Positions 44,708 through 53,468 of a DNA stretch of 64,000 nt are shown one piece after another. A program made the translations under genes and the position numbers. How positions within the stretch are numbered: the stretch's first letter is position 1; each line of letters begins with the position of its first letter. The stretch covers positions 7,471-71,470 of the forward strand of contig DACE01000031.1 in the NCBI GenBank assembly GCA_002494645.1, in the 5' to 3' direction. Under the pieces are notes generated by a model. The model did not search any database. It was not told where the DNA came from and worked only from the letters and a program-made list of their open reading frames with translations. The stretch is from Euryarchaeota archaeon UBA256. GTDB lineage: Archaea; Thermoplasmatota; Poseidoniia; Poseidoniales; Poseidoniaceae.

Positions 44708-45988
44708 ATGCACCGGATCATTTCACACGATGAAGCAGTTCATGCAGCCCTCACCGAGTGCAGCCAAGATCCTACAGCGCCCAAAGGCATGGAATTTCAT
44801 CATGCAAAGGAAGGACGTCCCCTTTCGACACCATGGCAAGTCGCCACCATTCGTTCGTTGATGCTCACGGAAACAAATCTGGCCGAAGGTTGGCTCCTCG
44901 ATTGTGCCTGCGGGAGCGGCATTCAACTCATCGCTCACGCTTCGGTGTTGAACCGTAATGCCGTAGGAATCGAACTCGATGAAGAGCGAGCGATCGCCAG
45001 CGCTATGAATTTCCTCACCGTCGCACAGCACCAAGACGCAGCGACCCTTCCATGGTTTGCACAAAGTCGAATTTTAGTCGGCGATGGAACCGATGCCGCA
45101 GGAGCCATGGAGGCTTTGGGCCAAGAAAACGAAGCGGGTATCGCCCTGCTTCACATCGACCCGGCACGGCCTCGCAACAGCCGCACGCATGACTTGAGCG
45201 AGATGCAACCGCCTCTCGATCAGGTCTTCCAAGCATGGGCTCCATATTTTTCTGAACACGAAAAGGGACCAGCGCTCTTGCTGGACCTTTCACCCCGCTT
45301 GACCAACGAGCAGCGGATGGAAGTCGAAGCATTGGTTGATGCCGTCTGGCCTCAACTCCGACGAACATGGGTGTGGACCTCTCGTGGGCGAGGCCGAGTG
45401 GATCGTTTGGCACTCTGGCTTGGAGCAGCAGCCCTTGGGTCGGATTTGCGCCGCTTTGTGCGAGTACCTCCTCAACTGGGTGACGGCGCACTTGTCATCT
45501 CATCGACGGATGATGGTTCTTCGCTTGAGTGCCTCTTCCACCCTCCAAAACGTGGCGAATATGTCAGTATTCTTGATGCAGCCCTCATCGAGAGCGGTTT
45601 AGCAGAGTCCTGGCTTTCGGAGGTCTCAACGGAAGTCATGACCCGTTGGGCCGTCATTGAAGGCCGGCGCCCACAACTGCACCACCTATCCCCGTTGCGA
45701 CTGAGCCAAGCGGACAACTTGCTGGTCCAAGCCACTGGGAAGGTGGTTGAACTGCTTTCGTTCGACCTTGACGATTCGACCGTGGACCAGGTTGTTGAGG
45801 CAGCCCTTGAAAACAACATGGCTTCGGTTAAAATTCGCATGGACACCCCGCCGGAAAAACAGCCACGGTGGCAAGGTTCACTCGACCGACAATTGGCTCG
45901 GCGGCACGGTACGAAAGAGGGTTTCTTGGTTCGTCACCCGGGTAGAGATGTGCTTCTGTTGTGCGTTTGCCATTCTGAAAGTTTCTAA
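44708..45988 (+). CDS. class I SAM-dependent methyltransferase with C-terminal THUMP-like region (putative RNA methyltransferase)
   Basis: WLLDCACGSGIQLIAHA is motif I. GIELDEERA follows. LLHIDPARPRN is the DPAR motif seen in Tgs1/PF09445-like enzymes. Confidence 0.55.
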   Translation: MHRIISHDEAVHAALTECSQDPTAPKGMEFHHAKEGRPLSTPWQVATIRSLMLTETNLAEGWLLDCACGSGIQLIAHASVLNRNAVGIELDEERAIASAMNFLTVAQHQDAATLPWFAQSRILVGDGTDAAGAMEALGQENEAGIALLHIDPARPRNSRTHDLSEMQPPLDQVFQAWAPYFSEHEKGPALLLDLSPRLTNEQRMEVEALVDAVWPQLRRTWVWTSRGRGRVDRLALWLGAAALGSDLRRFVRVPPQLGDGALVISSTDDGSSLECLFHPPKRGEYVSILDAALIESGLAESWLSEVSTEVMTRWAVIEGRRPQLHHLSPLRLSQADNLLVQATGKVVELLSFDLDDSTVDQVVEAALENNMASVKIRMDTPPEKQPRWQGSLDRQLARRHGTKEGFLVRHPGRDVLLLCVCHSESF

Positions 45989-46113
45989 AACGCGTCATTT
46001 CAAGGCTCCTTTCGTGGCTCAGTGGCGCGAAAGTCATCATCGCGGTCTTGATATATGGGAGGTTGGTCGGAGGGATGCTTGACACTGTAAGTGTTAACCT
46101 TGAGTTGAACGAT

Positions 46114-46584
46114 ATGGCACGACCGAAGGATGAGGACCTTGGTGATGATTTTTCATACATTTTGCGTATGGCTGACACCGACATGGACGGCTTGAAACCA
46201 CTGGCAACTGCGCTCACATCCGTGAAGGGTGTTGGGCAGCGCACAGCGGTTCAAATTTGCAAAAACACAGGCTTTGACCCTTTCCGACTTGCTGGATTCC
46301 TCAACCTCGAGCAACAAGAAGAACTGCGTGTGGCCATTGAATCCTACGCAGAGACCGTTCCAGTTTGGATGCTGAACCGTCAACGCGACCTTGAAACTGG
46401 CAATGAAATCCACTTGACCGGCCAACAAGTTCGCTTTACTCTTCAAGACGACATCAACCGTCTTCGTACCATGAAGTGCTACCGCGGCGTTCGACACGCC
46501 TCGGGCAACAAGGTCCGTGGACAACGTGGACGTTCAAACGGCCGTGGTGGCCTGACACTCGGTGTGAGCCGAAAGAAGGAATGA
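46114..46584 (+). CDS. rps13: 30S ribosomal protein S13 (uS13)
   Basis: ILRMADTDMDGLKPLATALTSVKGVGQRTAVQIC ... YRGVRHASGNKVRGQRGRSNGR. ATG 46114 (the ORF is open from 46048). Confidence 0.9.
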   Translation: MARPKDEDLGDDFSYILRMADTDMDGLKPLATALTSVKGVGQRTAVQICKNTGFDPFRLAGFLNLEQQEELRVAIESYAETVPVWMLNRQRDLETGNEIHLTGQQVRFTLQDDINRLRTMKCYRGVRHASGNKVRGQRGRSNGRGGLTLGVSRKKE

Positions 46585-46596
46585 GGGGGCTAAATC

Positions 46597-47250
46597 ATGG
46601 GAGAACCAAAGTTTTCACGACCAAAGTACGACACGCCATCCCATCCTTGGAAGGCACAGCGTATTGAAGAAGAACATGCAATGCGAGACAATCACGGTCT
46701 CAAAAACATGAAAGAGATTTGGAAGGCCAAGTCTCAACTCCGTCGCCATCGACGCCAAGCAATGCGCCTCATCGGTATGGTTGATACCACCGAAGGTCAC
46801 GGCAAGCGTGAGATGGAAGACCTCCTCCATTCACTTTACAGCAAAGGATTCATCGAATCCAATGCTGAACTTGGTGACATTCTTTCACTTTCCACTGAAG
46901 ATGTGCTCTCTCGCCGTCTGCAAGCACAAGTCTACTACAAGGGACTGGCATGCACCATGAAGCAAGCACGTCAATTGGTCGTACACGGTCAAATTTGCAT
47001 CGGTGAACAAAAGGTCACCATCCCTTCCTACCCCGTATCCCGTGATGAAGAAAACGAGCTCCGCTACCACCCTTCATCCGACCTCAACAACCCTGAACAT
47101 GCGATTCGAAAGGCCATTGAAGGACGTCGAGAGATGGCTGAATATGCTGACGATGAAGTCGATCCGGTTGCTACACCAGAGTTCGCTGAAGAAGTGAAGG
47201 AAGCAGCAGAAGCATCCAACGAAGCAGTCAAGAAAGGAGGTGACGAGTGA
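46597..47250 (+). CDS. rps4: 30S ribosomal protein S4 (uS4) with acidic C-terminal extension
   Basis: [26 protein letters not shown] is followed by an S4 RNA-binding domain ([37 protein letters not shown]). Confidence 0.9.
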   Translation: MGEPKFSRPKYDTPSHPWKAQRIEEEHAMRDNHGLKNMKEIWKAKSQLRRHRRQAMRLIGMVDTTEGHGKREMEDLLHSLYSKGFIESNAELGDILSLSTEDVLSRRLQAQVYYKGLACTMKQARQLVVHGQICIGEQKVTIPSYPVSRDEENELRYHPSSDLNNPEHAIRKAIEGRREMAEYADDEVDPVATPEFAEEVKEAAEASNEAVKKGGDE

Positions 47251-47633
47251 TGTCCCGCAAGGCTATCGTCAACATCTTCAGTTCCTACAACAACATCTTG
47301 ATGACAGCTACCGACCTTACCGGTGCCGAAACCATCACCACCTGCAACGGTGGCGAAGTGGTCAAGGCTGGAAAGGACAAGGGTGGGCAATTCGCTGCTA
47401 CTCGAGCCGCAGAACGCATGGCTGATGCTCTTCGAGACAAAGAGTTCAACGAACTCATCGTCAAGTACCGCGCCCCTGGTGGTAACCAATCCAACAATAC
47501 CGGGCCTGGCGCTCAGGCTGCTATCCGCGCTCTTACTCGTGCTGGCATGACCATTACACGAATTGAAGATGTGACACCAATCGCACACGACGGCACCAAA
47601 AAGAAAGGTGGACGACGTGGACGACGTGTCTGA
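47250..47633 (+). CDS. rps11: 30S ribosomal protein S11 (uS11)
   Basis: [21 protein letters not shown] ... [42 protein letters not shown] lies upstream. The ATG overlaps the rps4 TGA. Confidence 0.9.
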   Translation: MSRKAIVNIFSSYNNILMTATDLTGAETITTCNGGEVVKAGKDKGGQFAATRAAERMADALRDKEFNELIVKYRAPGGNQSNNTGPGAQAAIRALTRAGMTITRIEDVTPIAHDGTKKKGGRRGRRV

Positions 47634-47643
47634 TGAATAGGTG

Positions 47644-48582
47644 ATGAAGATGAAGACCGAAATTGTAGAAGGATGGCCACAAGGTCACGAAATTCGAATT
47701 CTCATCAGCGAGACTGATTCTTCCCAAGTGAATGCAATCCGTCGAGCACTCATTGCTGATGTCCCCAAGTTGGCCATCACGCGTGTTGACTTTTCACAAG
47801 GCGTGACGCAAGACAACAAAGGCGAAGTTGTTGAATCTGTCAACGCACTTCCCGATGAAGTCATCGCTCACCGACTGGCCATGATCCCAATCCCAACCAA
47901 CCTCGATGAAGGTCTTGTCTTCCCAGAAGACTGTGACAACTGCCGAGATGTTGTTGAAAAGGACAAAGGGTGCCCCATGTGCCAAGTCCTCTACACGCTT
48001 TCTGCCCGAGGCCCTTCATCCGATGCTGAAGAAGAACTCAAAACTGTTTTTGCTGGCGATATCACAACCATCTCCGACCCTGTCTTTGACATTCGTGAAG
48101 AACACAAGCAAATTCCTCTAACGGTTCTCTCCAAAGGCCAATTCCTTGAATTCTACGCATTTGCCGTTCTTGGCCGAGGCCGTGACCACGCCAAGTGGTC
48201 ACCCGTTGCCGCTGTTGGATTCCGTCCTCAGCAAATCGCTGTCCTCAACAAGCCAAAGAAGGCCAATGTGCTCTTCAACCTCGGCTTGACTACGACCGAC
48301 GGAACCCCAATTGACGCCAAGTTATTTGGAAAGGACAAGAAAGTCACCAACATCAACCACGTGATGGACCTTGAGAAGGCACTTCACCAAGTTGGAGCCG
48401 GCACAGGACGTGACGGCGACTTTGACCAAGCCATTACCATGGAGAAGGTCGATGGTTCCTATGTCTTCGCTTACGAGACCGACGGAAGTCTTGACCCTGT
48501 GACTGCCTTCAACATGGCTCTTGATGAGCTCAGCACTCGCTTTGACAACCTCAGCGAAGACCTTGCATCCGCTTTGGCTTGA
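47644..48582 (+). CDS. rpoD: DNA-directed RNA polymerase subunit D (Rpo3)
   Basis: Position is after S13-S4-S11. NAIRRALIADVPKLAITRVDF and DEVIAHRLAMIP are present. A four-Cys insert (CDNC...CPMC) is also present. Confidence 0.85.
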   Translation: MKMKTEIVEGWPQGHEIRILISETDSSQVNAIRRALIADVPKLAITRVDFSQGVTQDNKGEVVESVNALPDEVIAHRLAMIPIPTNLDEGLVFPEDCDNCRDVVEKDKGCPMCQVLYTLSARGPSSDAEEELKTVFAGDITTISDPVFDIREEHKQIPLTVLSKGQFLEFYAFAVLGRGRDHAKWSPVAAVGFRPQQIAVLNKPKKANVLFNLGLTTTDGTPIDAKLFGKDKKVTNINHVMDLEKALHQVGAGTGRDGDFDQAITMEKVDGSYVFAYETDGSLDPVTAFNMALDELSTRFDNLSEDLASALA

Positions 48583-48627
48583 TTGCAAAGCACGCAGGCT
48601 TCTTGAGCAAGGATGTGCTCTTCGCGC

Positions 48628-49704
48628 ATGATGGGCAACACGACTGAGGTCTGCGTCGGCGGACACATCACCTTGTTATTCTCCATTGACACCTCGGCAC
48701 GCCTGCCAAGAAACCAAGGGAGCAGGGGAGCGGGATTTACCATTGACCATGGTGTAAATCTCAAGGCTCAACTCTTCAAACATCACGATAGGTCTCTCCC
48801 CGAGAAAATGAACGGTATTGTCCCAGATGCTCGACAAAAAACGGGACGCCCCGAAGAAAGTGAAATCAGCATCGTCGACCGCCGTGGCGCCCACATTGAA
48901 CAAAAATCACTCTACGAGGACATGATTGAAGCATGCCGCCATGCCCGTCTTCTACGAGAAGATGAATCACTTCATGTTGAGATTGCTCTCGACTGTCCAA
49001 GAAGTCAAGGATTCGGGATGTCTGCCTCAGGGCTGATGGCCTTGGGTCAAGCTATTGAGGCATTGACGGGGCGGGGCGTCGCATCACAATACCTGAAAAT
49101 CGCGCATCGGATTGAACGACAACACGGTTCAGGACTCGGAGATGTCCTTGGCTGTTCGGTGGGAGGCGTTGAGTTACGAATTCAACCTGGAGCCCCAAGT
49201 TGGCCGGGACACGCCGTTAGTTTTGATGCACCGACGCCCGTGCTTTTGATCTGGGAAGAATCTGAAGCAAGGCATACCTCAATCTACATCGATGATGAAC
49301 AATGGCAAGCCTCCATCACCAAAGCGGGCGATGCATGTGTGGAGGTCTTGGCTCAAAAGCCGTGGTCTGTGAAACAATGGCCTGAACTGTTGAAGCAATC
49401 CCGATTGTTTGCAGAAGCCTCGGGCCTCTTTGAAGAGCCGGTTCGAGCGCTGGTGTATCAAACGGTGATGGACAGCATGCTTGAACTCAATGTTCAGGGA
49501 ACCTTAGCGGCCCGATTGTGCATGCTAGGGAACTCTGTCGTAGTATTGCCCCGACGCCTGGATGAACCGCTTGATTCGGAGTCATTGAAGCAGCTTGCAG
49601 ACGTCATTGAAGCGCGTGGCTTGCACGTACTCATGTCGTCGATCTCACCAACTGTTAATCCGATTCAAGGCGCGCCAAATCAACTGGACTCGCATCGAGC
49701 ATGA
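48628..49704 (+). CDS. GHMP-family kinase, pantoate-kinase-like
   Basis: VGGHITLLFSI...NQGSRGAGFTIDHGV resembles the pantoate kinase N-terminus (GHITGFF...GS.GAG). PRSQGFGMSASG is the GHMP ATP motif. Start is ATG 48613 or 48628. Confidence 0.6.
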   Translation: MMGNTTEVCVGGHITLLFSIDTSARLPRNQGSRGAGFTIDHGVNLKAQLFKHHDRSLPEKMNGIVPDARQKTGRPEESEISIVDRRGAHIEQKSLYEDMIEACRHARLLREDESLHVEIALDCPRSQGFGMSASGLMALGQAIEALTGRGVASQYLKIAHRIERQHGSGLGDVLGCSVGGVELRIQPGAPSWPGHAVSFDAPTPVLLIWEESEARHTSIYIDDEQWQASITKAGDACVEVLAQKPWSVKQWPELLKQSRLFAEASGLFEEPVRALVYQTVMDSMLELNVQGTLAARLCMLGNSVVVLPRRLDEPLDSESLKQLADVIEARGLHVLMSSISPTVNPIQGAPNQLDSHRA

Positions 49705-50689
49705 GCACGCCGGGCATGTACAGATTTTCACTGAAGCCGTGTCGGAACACGATTGCTCCACTTCCCCACTCATCGATATAACGGTTCATTTGTTTACGCA
49801 TTTTTTTGCGTTGAAAATCAACATCGGCTCCGTAGAAATGTTTCGCATCAATCCAAGCAATCGGTTCGCCGTTGATGTATACGTGGTCGAGAAAGAGCAA
49901 GTCTGGGGTACGAATTGGGCGGCCGTGTTCGGCCTTTTGCTCTTTGACCATCTCTGGTTGACGACGAAGGCGGACTCCTTTTTGCTCAAACCAATCAGCG
50001 AGGATGTCTTCGAACAAATCGGCTCGGACTTGAACCTCGGATTGGTCTACATTTGAAACTCGGTCGGCCGCTTCAGCGGCTTCAAACTCTTCACGCTCTC
50101 TGGCCTTCATCGAGGAAGGTTCACGAAGACTTTCTTTGATTTTCTTCTTCGACCACCCAATGGCCTCAAGCACCACGCGAAAGATGTTCATGGGGGGAAA
50201 GTCGTAGCGTTGTGACAGTTCGATGATGGATGTTCCTGCACGGTAATGTCGAGCGAGTTCTCTGCTTTTTGACTTGAGACGTCCATGCGAGTAAACGGTT
50301 TTTTGCTGTAGCAGGGCTGAACGAAGCGAAAGCGCCTGGTCAAGCGTCATGTTCTCAGCGTCAACAAAAGCTCCGATTTCATCAACGCGTTCGTCCTCAA
50401 GCCAACCAAATTGCCCTCGTTGAACCACCTCACCCGCTACTTTTTCTTCCGTTGAAAGAGGTACAGGATTCAATTCCCATTTAAAATCAAAATGTTTCGG
50501 AGCCTCCACCGATTCTGGGAAGGCCATTGGTGGAGGTGAACGTTGAAAACGGGCTTCGGCTCGTTCATTCATCGTTTTGGCTTCCGCTGCCGACCGTTCA
50601 ACAAGGTGAGGGCGAGATGGCCCCCCGTATCGTTTTGGTCGTGACGAGCGCCGTCGGGAGGAGTTATTGTTGTTTGAGGGACGACCCAT
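49655..50689 (-). CDS. CDIN1/C15orf41-like 'TPD-motif' PD-(D/E)xK nuclease-fold protein with basic N-terminal tail
   Basis: RTPDLLFLDHVYINGEPIAWIDAKHFYGADVDF...RYIDEWGSGAIVFRHGFSENL parallels the TPD-motif family (TPDFLL...I.G..I.WIESKA.FG...fGpG.viYw.GF). The upstream LARHYRAGTSIIELSQRYDFPPMNIFRVVLE is HTH-like. Overlaps the convergent kinase gene by 50 nt. Confidence 0.6.
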   Translation of the reverse strand: MGRPSNNNNSSRRRSSRPKRYGGPSRPHLVERSAAEAKTMNERAEARFQRSPPPMAFPESVEAPKHFDFKWELNPVPLSTEEKVAGEVVQRGQFGWLEDERVDEIGAFVDAENMTLDQALSLRSALLQQKTVYSHGRLKSKSRELARHYRAGTSIIELSQRYDFPPMNIFRVVLEAIGWSKKKIKESLREPSSMKAREREEFEAAEAADRVSNVDQSEVQVRADLFEDILADWFEQKGVRLRRQPEMVKEQKAEHGRPIRTPDLLFLDHVYINGEPIAWIDAKHFYGADVDFQRKKMRKQMNRYIDEWGSGAIVFRHGFSENLYMPGVLMLDASPVDLARLESD

Positions 50690-50786
50690 GATGCCTTGTT
50701 GAAGGCGACACTCAATGAAACCTCGCCTCAGTTACAAAAATTATCTGCCGCGAGCAATTATTACGGAAAAGCGTTCTCATCACATC

Positions 50787-53468
50787 ATGCGCATCCTCGT
50801 ATGCACCCTGTTGACTGGCCTCATGCTCTGTTTGAGTTTCGCCCATACCGCTACGTGGGTGACTGAAGAGGAATATCTCATCGATGAAAGTGTGATGAAA
50901 AGTACGGAAAACAACACGACAGGATGGTTAGCCGGTGCGGGGGGTTTGAGTGGAGAGTCGATCAGCAGCCTCATTCCGCTCAACGATGGAACTATGCTGG
51001 TCGTTGGCTCGTTTGAGCAAACCATTGATTTTTATGGAGACGTTCCTGGTTTTTCGAGCAATGATTCTTTGTTTGGAGAAGATATGTTTCTTGGCTGGAT
51101 CGCCGATAACGGCAGTTGGGTTCAAACGTCATCCGCAAGCAGCACTGGCCTTGACTCAATTACACATGCCGGCCAACTCAGTGACGGAAGCATCGTCGTT
51201 GCTGGTATGTACTGCGGCATGACGCTCGGTGATCCATGCAACCTCACGTTGGGCGAATTGGACCCGCTCAACAAGTCACAGGATGACCATGAAGACGGCG
51301 TCTTTGTAGCAGCCATTCAATCCGATGGGACTTGGCTTTGGTCCAAAGGATTCTCCAATGAATTCCAAATGGGCGTAACCGACCTCATGGTCACAGAAAT
51401 GGATGAGATCCATCTCGCTCTGCTCCATCGCGGGGAGTTGGTTTCGGGCAACGTCAGTTCACCGGGAAGCCTCACTGAAGAACAAGTCGCCGTTATTGGT
51501 ATGGATTCTACGGGACAACACCTCTTCATGCACAACGTCTTTTCCCCCCAACCCATTGAAGATGCTACGGCACTTTGTGCTGACGGATTGGGCAACCACT
51601 ACATCGCTGTGACCTATCTTGAAGCCGTTATCTTTGGAGACGGTGAAGTGGAAGGTACGCTCGGAGACGGGGCGAACATTGGAGTGGGTCAATACGACAA
51701 CAGCGGATGGATTTGGTCGACAGGAGCCGCGGGCCCGGCCGATGCCTCGGTTGCAGACTGTCAGGGGCATCTGGCGGGCGGAGTGACCGTGGTTGGGGAC
51801 TATCTTGGGAACATGACTTTTGGTGAACTTGAACTCCAAGCAGCCGTATGGATTGACTTCTTTGAAGCGCAGGTCTCATCAATGGGAGCCTGGACTGATG
51901 TGAGCGGCTATGGAGGCAACGGTGCTGACCATGTGACTGCCCTTCACCTCTCGGCGCAAGGCGATTCACTCCTTCTGGGAAAAACAACGGGTAGCATCAC
52001 CTTTGGTGAATTCGACCTCACTGATATTGACGGCATCAATGACGGGAATCACTACGACCTCTTCCTCGCCAAACACCAACCTGATGGGACATGGGATTGG
52101 GCAGTGTCCGCTGGCGGTAGTGGAAATGACCTTCCAAGTGCACTCTCAATGAATTCAAACGGTTCACCCGTGGTGGCCTTCAAATCAAATGCTGACAGCA
52201 CCTATGGCAGCCATGACTTTGACCAACGGAATAACTACGACATCGGTATTTGGATGTATGAAACCGACCTTGACGCTGACGGAATTCTTGATGGAGTTGA
52301 CAATTGTCCGAAGATACCCAATACAGATCAGTTGAATTTCGATAATGACCCCTTCGGCGATATCTGTGATGACGATGACGACGAAGACGGCATCATGGAT
52401 ACTTCAGACGATTGCCCCTTCGGAGACATCGGATGGGGGTCGAATGCTCTAACCGACCATGATGACGATGGATGCCGTGACCTCACTGAAGATTATGATG
52501 ATGATGAGGATGGCGTTTTCGATACCGATGACCTCTGCCCGCGCGGCCCTCTTGGTTGGGTTTCGACTTCTGAAAATGACATTGAAGGCGATGGATGTTC
52601 TGATGAAGACAACGATGGCGATGGTTTTGTCGACCAGCAGGACAATTGTCCAGATGTTTCCAATCCAACACAAACAGACCTCGATAACGATGGAATCGGT
52701 GACGCCTGTGACCTTGACAAGGACGGCGATGGCATCAACGTCCCAGATGACAAGTGTCCACATGACATCAATCCCTGGCAGTCAGATATCACCAACGATT
52801 ACGACCAAGACGGATGTTTGGATGCAACCATGGATGAAGACGATGATGGTGACGGGGTTGATGATAGCGATGATGGGTGTCTTTTGGGAGAAAAGGGTTG
52901 GGCTGCAAACGCTTCTCAGGTCGACCATGATGGCGATGGGTGTTTGGATGAAACCGAAGACAAGGATGATGATGCTGACGGAGTCTTGGATACCAACGAC
53001 CGTTGCCCACGAGGATTCATCGGTGTGGCACAAACGGGGCAGGATGGCGATGGCGACGGATGCATCGACGCTGTTGAAGATGATGATGACGATCAGGACG
53101 GTGTGCTTGATCCGCTCGATGTCTGTCCAAATTCAGACCCTGCCGACCAAATCAATTTGAACGGTTGCAGTCAATTCCAGTTGGATGATGACGGCGACGG
53201 TGTGTTCAATGCCTTTGATTTCTGCCTCAATACGGCGACGAATGTCATCGTTGACCAGCAAGGCTGCCAAACAGGTACAGTCACGCCGTCCAGTCAAGAT
53301 GACGATGGGGGGATTGGTCTAGCAGGATACATCTTCATCATTGCCGGGCTGGTTCTCCTTTGGGCCTTTGTGAACGGCAATCAACGAGTAGGGCCACGTC
53401 TGCCGCCTTCAAACCAAGGAAAGGTGGCTCCTGCCATCAGCACGACCGTTTCGCAAAGCGAAGAATGA
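50787..53468 (+). CDS. secreted beta-propeller (SBBP-like) + thrombospondin type 3 repeat Ca-binding surface protein, C-terminal TM
   Basis: Signal peptide is MRILVCTLLTGLMLCLSFAHT. The N-terminal half has repeated G..D.F.aK...DG.W.W units. The acidic D-x-D-x-DG-x-x-D-x-x-D-x-CP repeats follow. TM is IGLAGYIFIIAGLVLLWAFV. Confidence 0.8.
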   Translation: MRILVCTLLTGLMLCLSFAHTATWVTEEEYLIDESVMKSTENNTTGWLAGAGGLSGESISSLIPLNDGTMLVVGSFEQTIDFYGDVPGFSSNDSLFGEDMFLGWIADNGSWVQTSSASSTGLDSITHAGQLSDGSIVVAGMYCGMTLGDPCNLTLGELDPLNKSQDDHEDGVFVAAIQSDGTWLWSKGFSNEFQMGVTDLMVTEMDEIHLALLHRGELVSGNVSSPGSLTEEQVAVIGMDSTGQHLFMHNVFSPQPIEDATALCADGLGNHYIAVTYLEAVIFGDGEVEGTLGDGANIGVGQYDNSGWIWSTGAAGPADASVADCQGHLAGGVTVVGDYLGNMTFGELELQAAVWIDFFEAQVSSMGAWTDVSGYGGNGADHVTALHLSAQGDSLLLGKTTGSITFGEFDLTDIDGINDGNHYDLFLAKHQPDGTWDWAVSAGGSGNDLPSALSMNSNGSPVVAFKSNADSTYGSHDFDQRNNYDIGIWMYETDLDADGILDGVDNCPKIPNTDQLNFDNDPFGDICDDDDDEDGIMDTSDDCPFGDIGWGSNALTDHDDDGCRDLTEDYDDDEDGVFDTDDLCPRGPLGWVSTSENDIEGDGCSDEDNDGDGFVDQQDNCPDVSNPTQTDLDNDGIGDACDLDKDGDGINVPDDKCPHDINPWQSDITNDYDQDGCLDATMDEDDDGDGVDDSDDGCLLGEKGWAANASQVDHDGDGCLDETEDKDDDADGVLDTNDRCPRGFIGVAQTGQDGDGDGCIDAVEDDDDDQDGVLDPLDVCPNSDPADQINLNGCSQFQLDDDGDGVFNAFDFCLNTATNVIVDQQGCQTGTVTPSSQDDDGGIGLAGYIFIIAGLVLLWAFVNGNQRVGPRLPPSNQGKVAPAISTTVSQSEE
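52266..53232 (+). repeat. TSP3-type calcium-binding repeat array (coding)
   Basis: At least four long modules of the form DDDxDG(V/I)xDxxDxCPxGxxGW......DxDGDGCxDxxED, plus shorter DxDxDGxGDxCD units. Confidence 0.75.

Noticed and set aside
46010-46050. GGCTCAGTGGCGCG upstream of rps13 resembling a tRNA D-loop.
   Set aside because: No complementary acceptor stem, anticodon arm or T-arm (GTTCRAATC) can be built around it.
52266-53232. Periodic DNA repeats that could superficially resemble a CRISPR or tandem-repeat array. The same applies to 59458..61251.
   Set aside because: The repeats are imperfect at the DNA level and conserved at the protein level. They sit in one continuous open reading frame with no unique spacers and no cas genes nearby.
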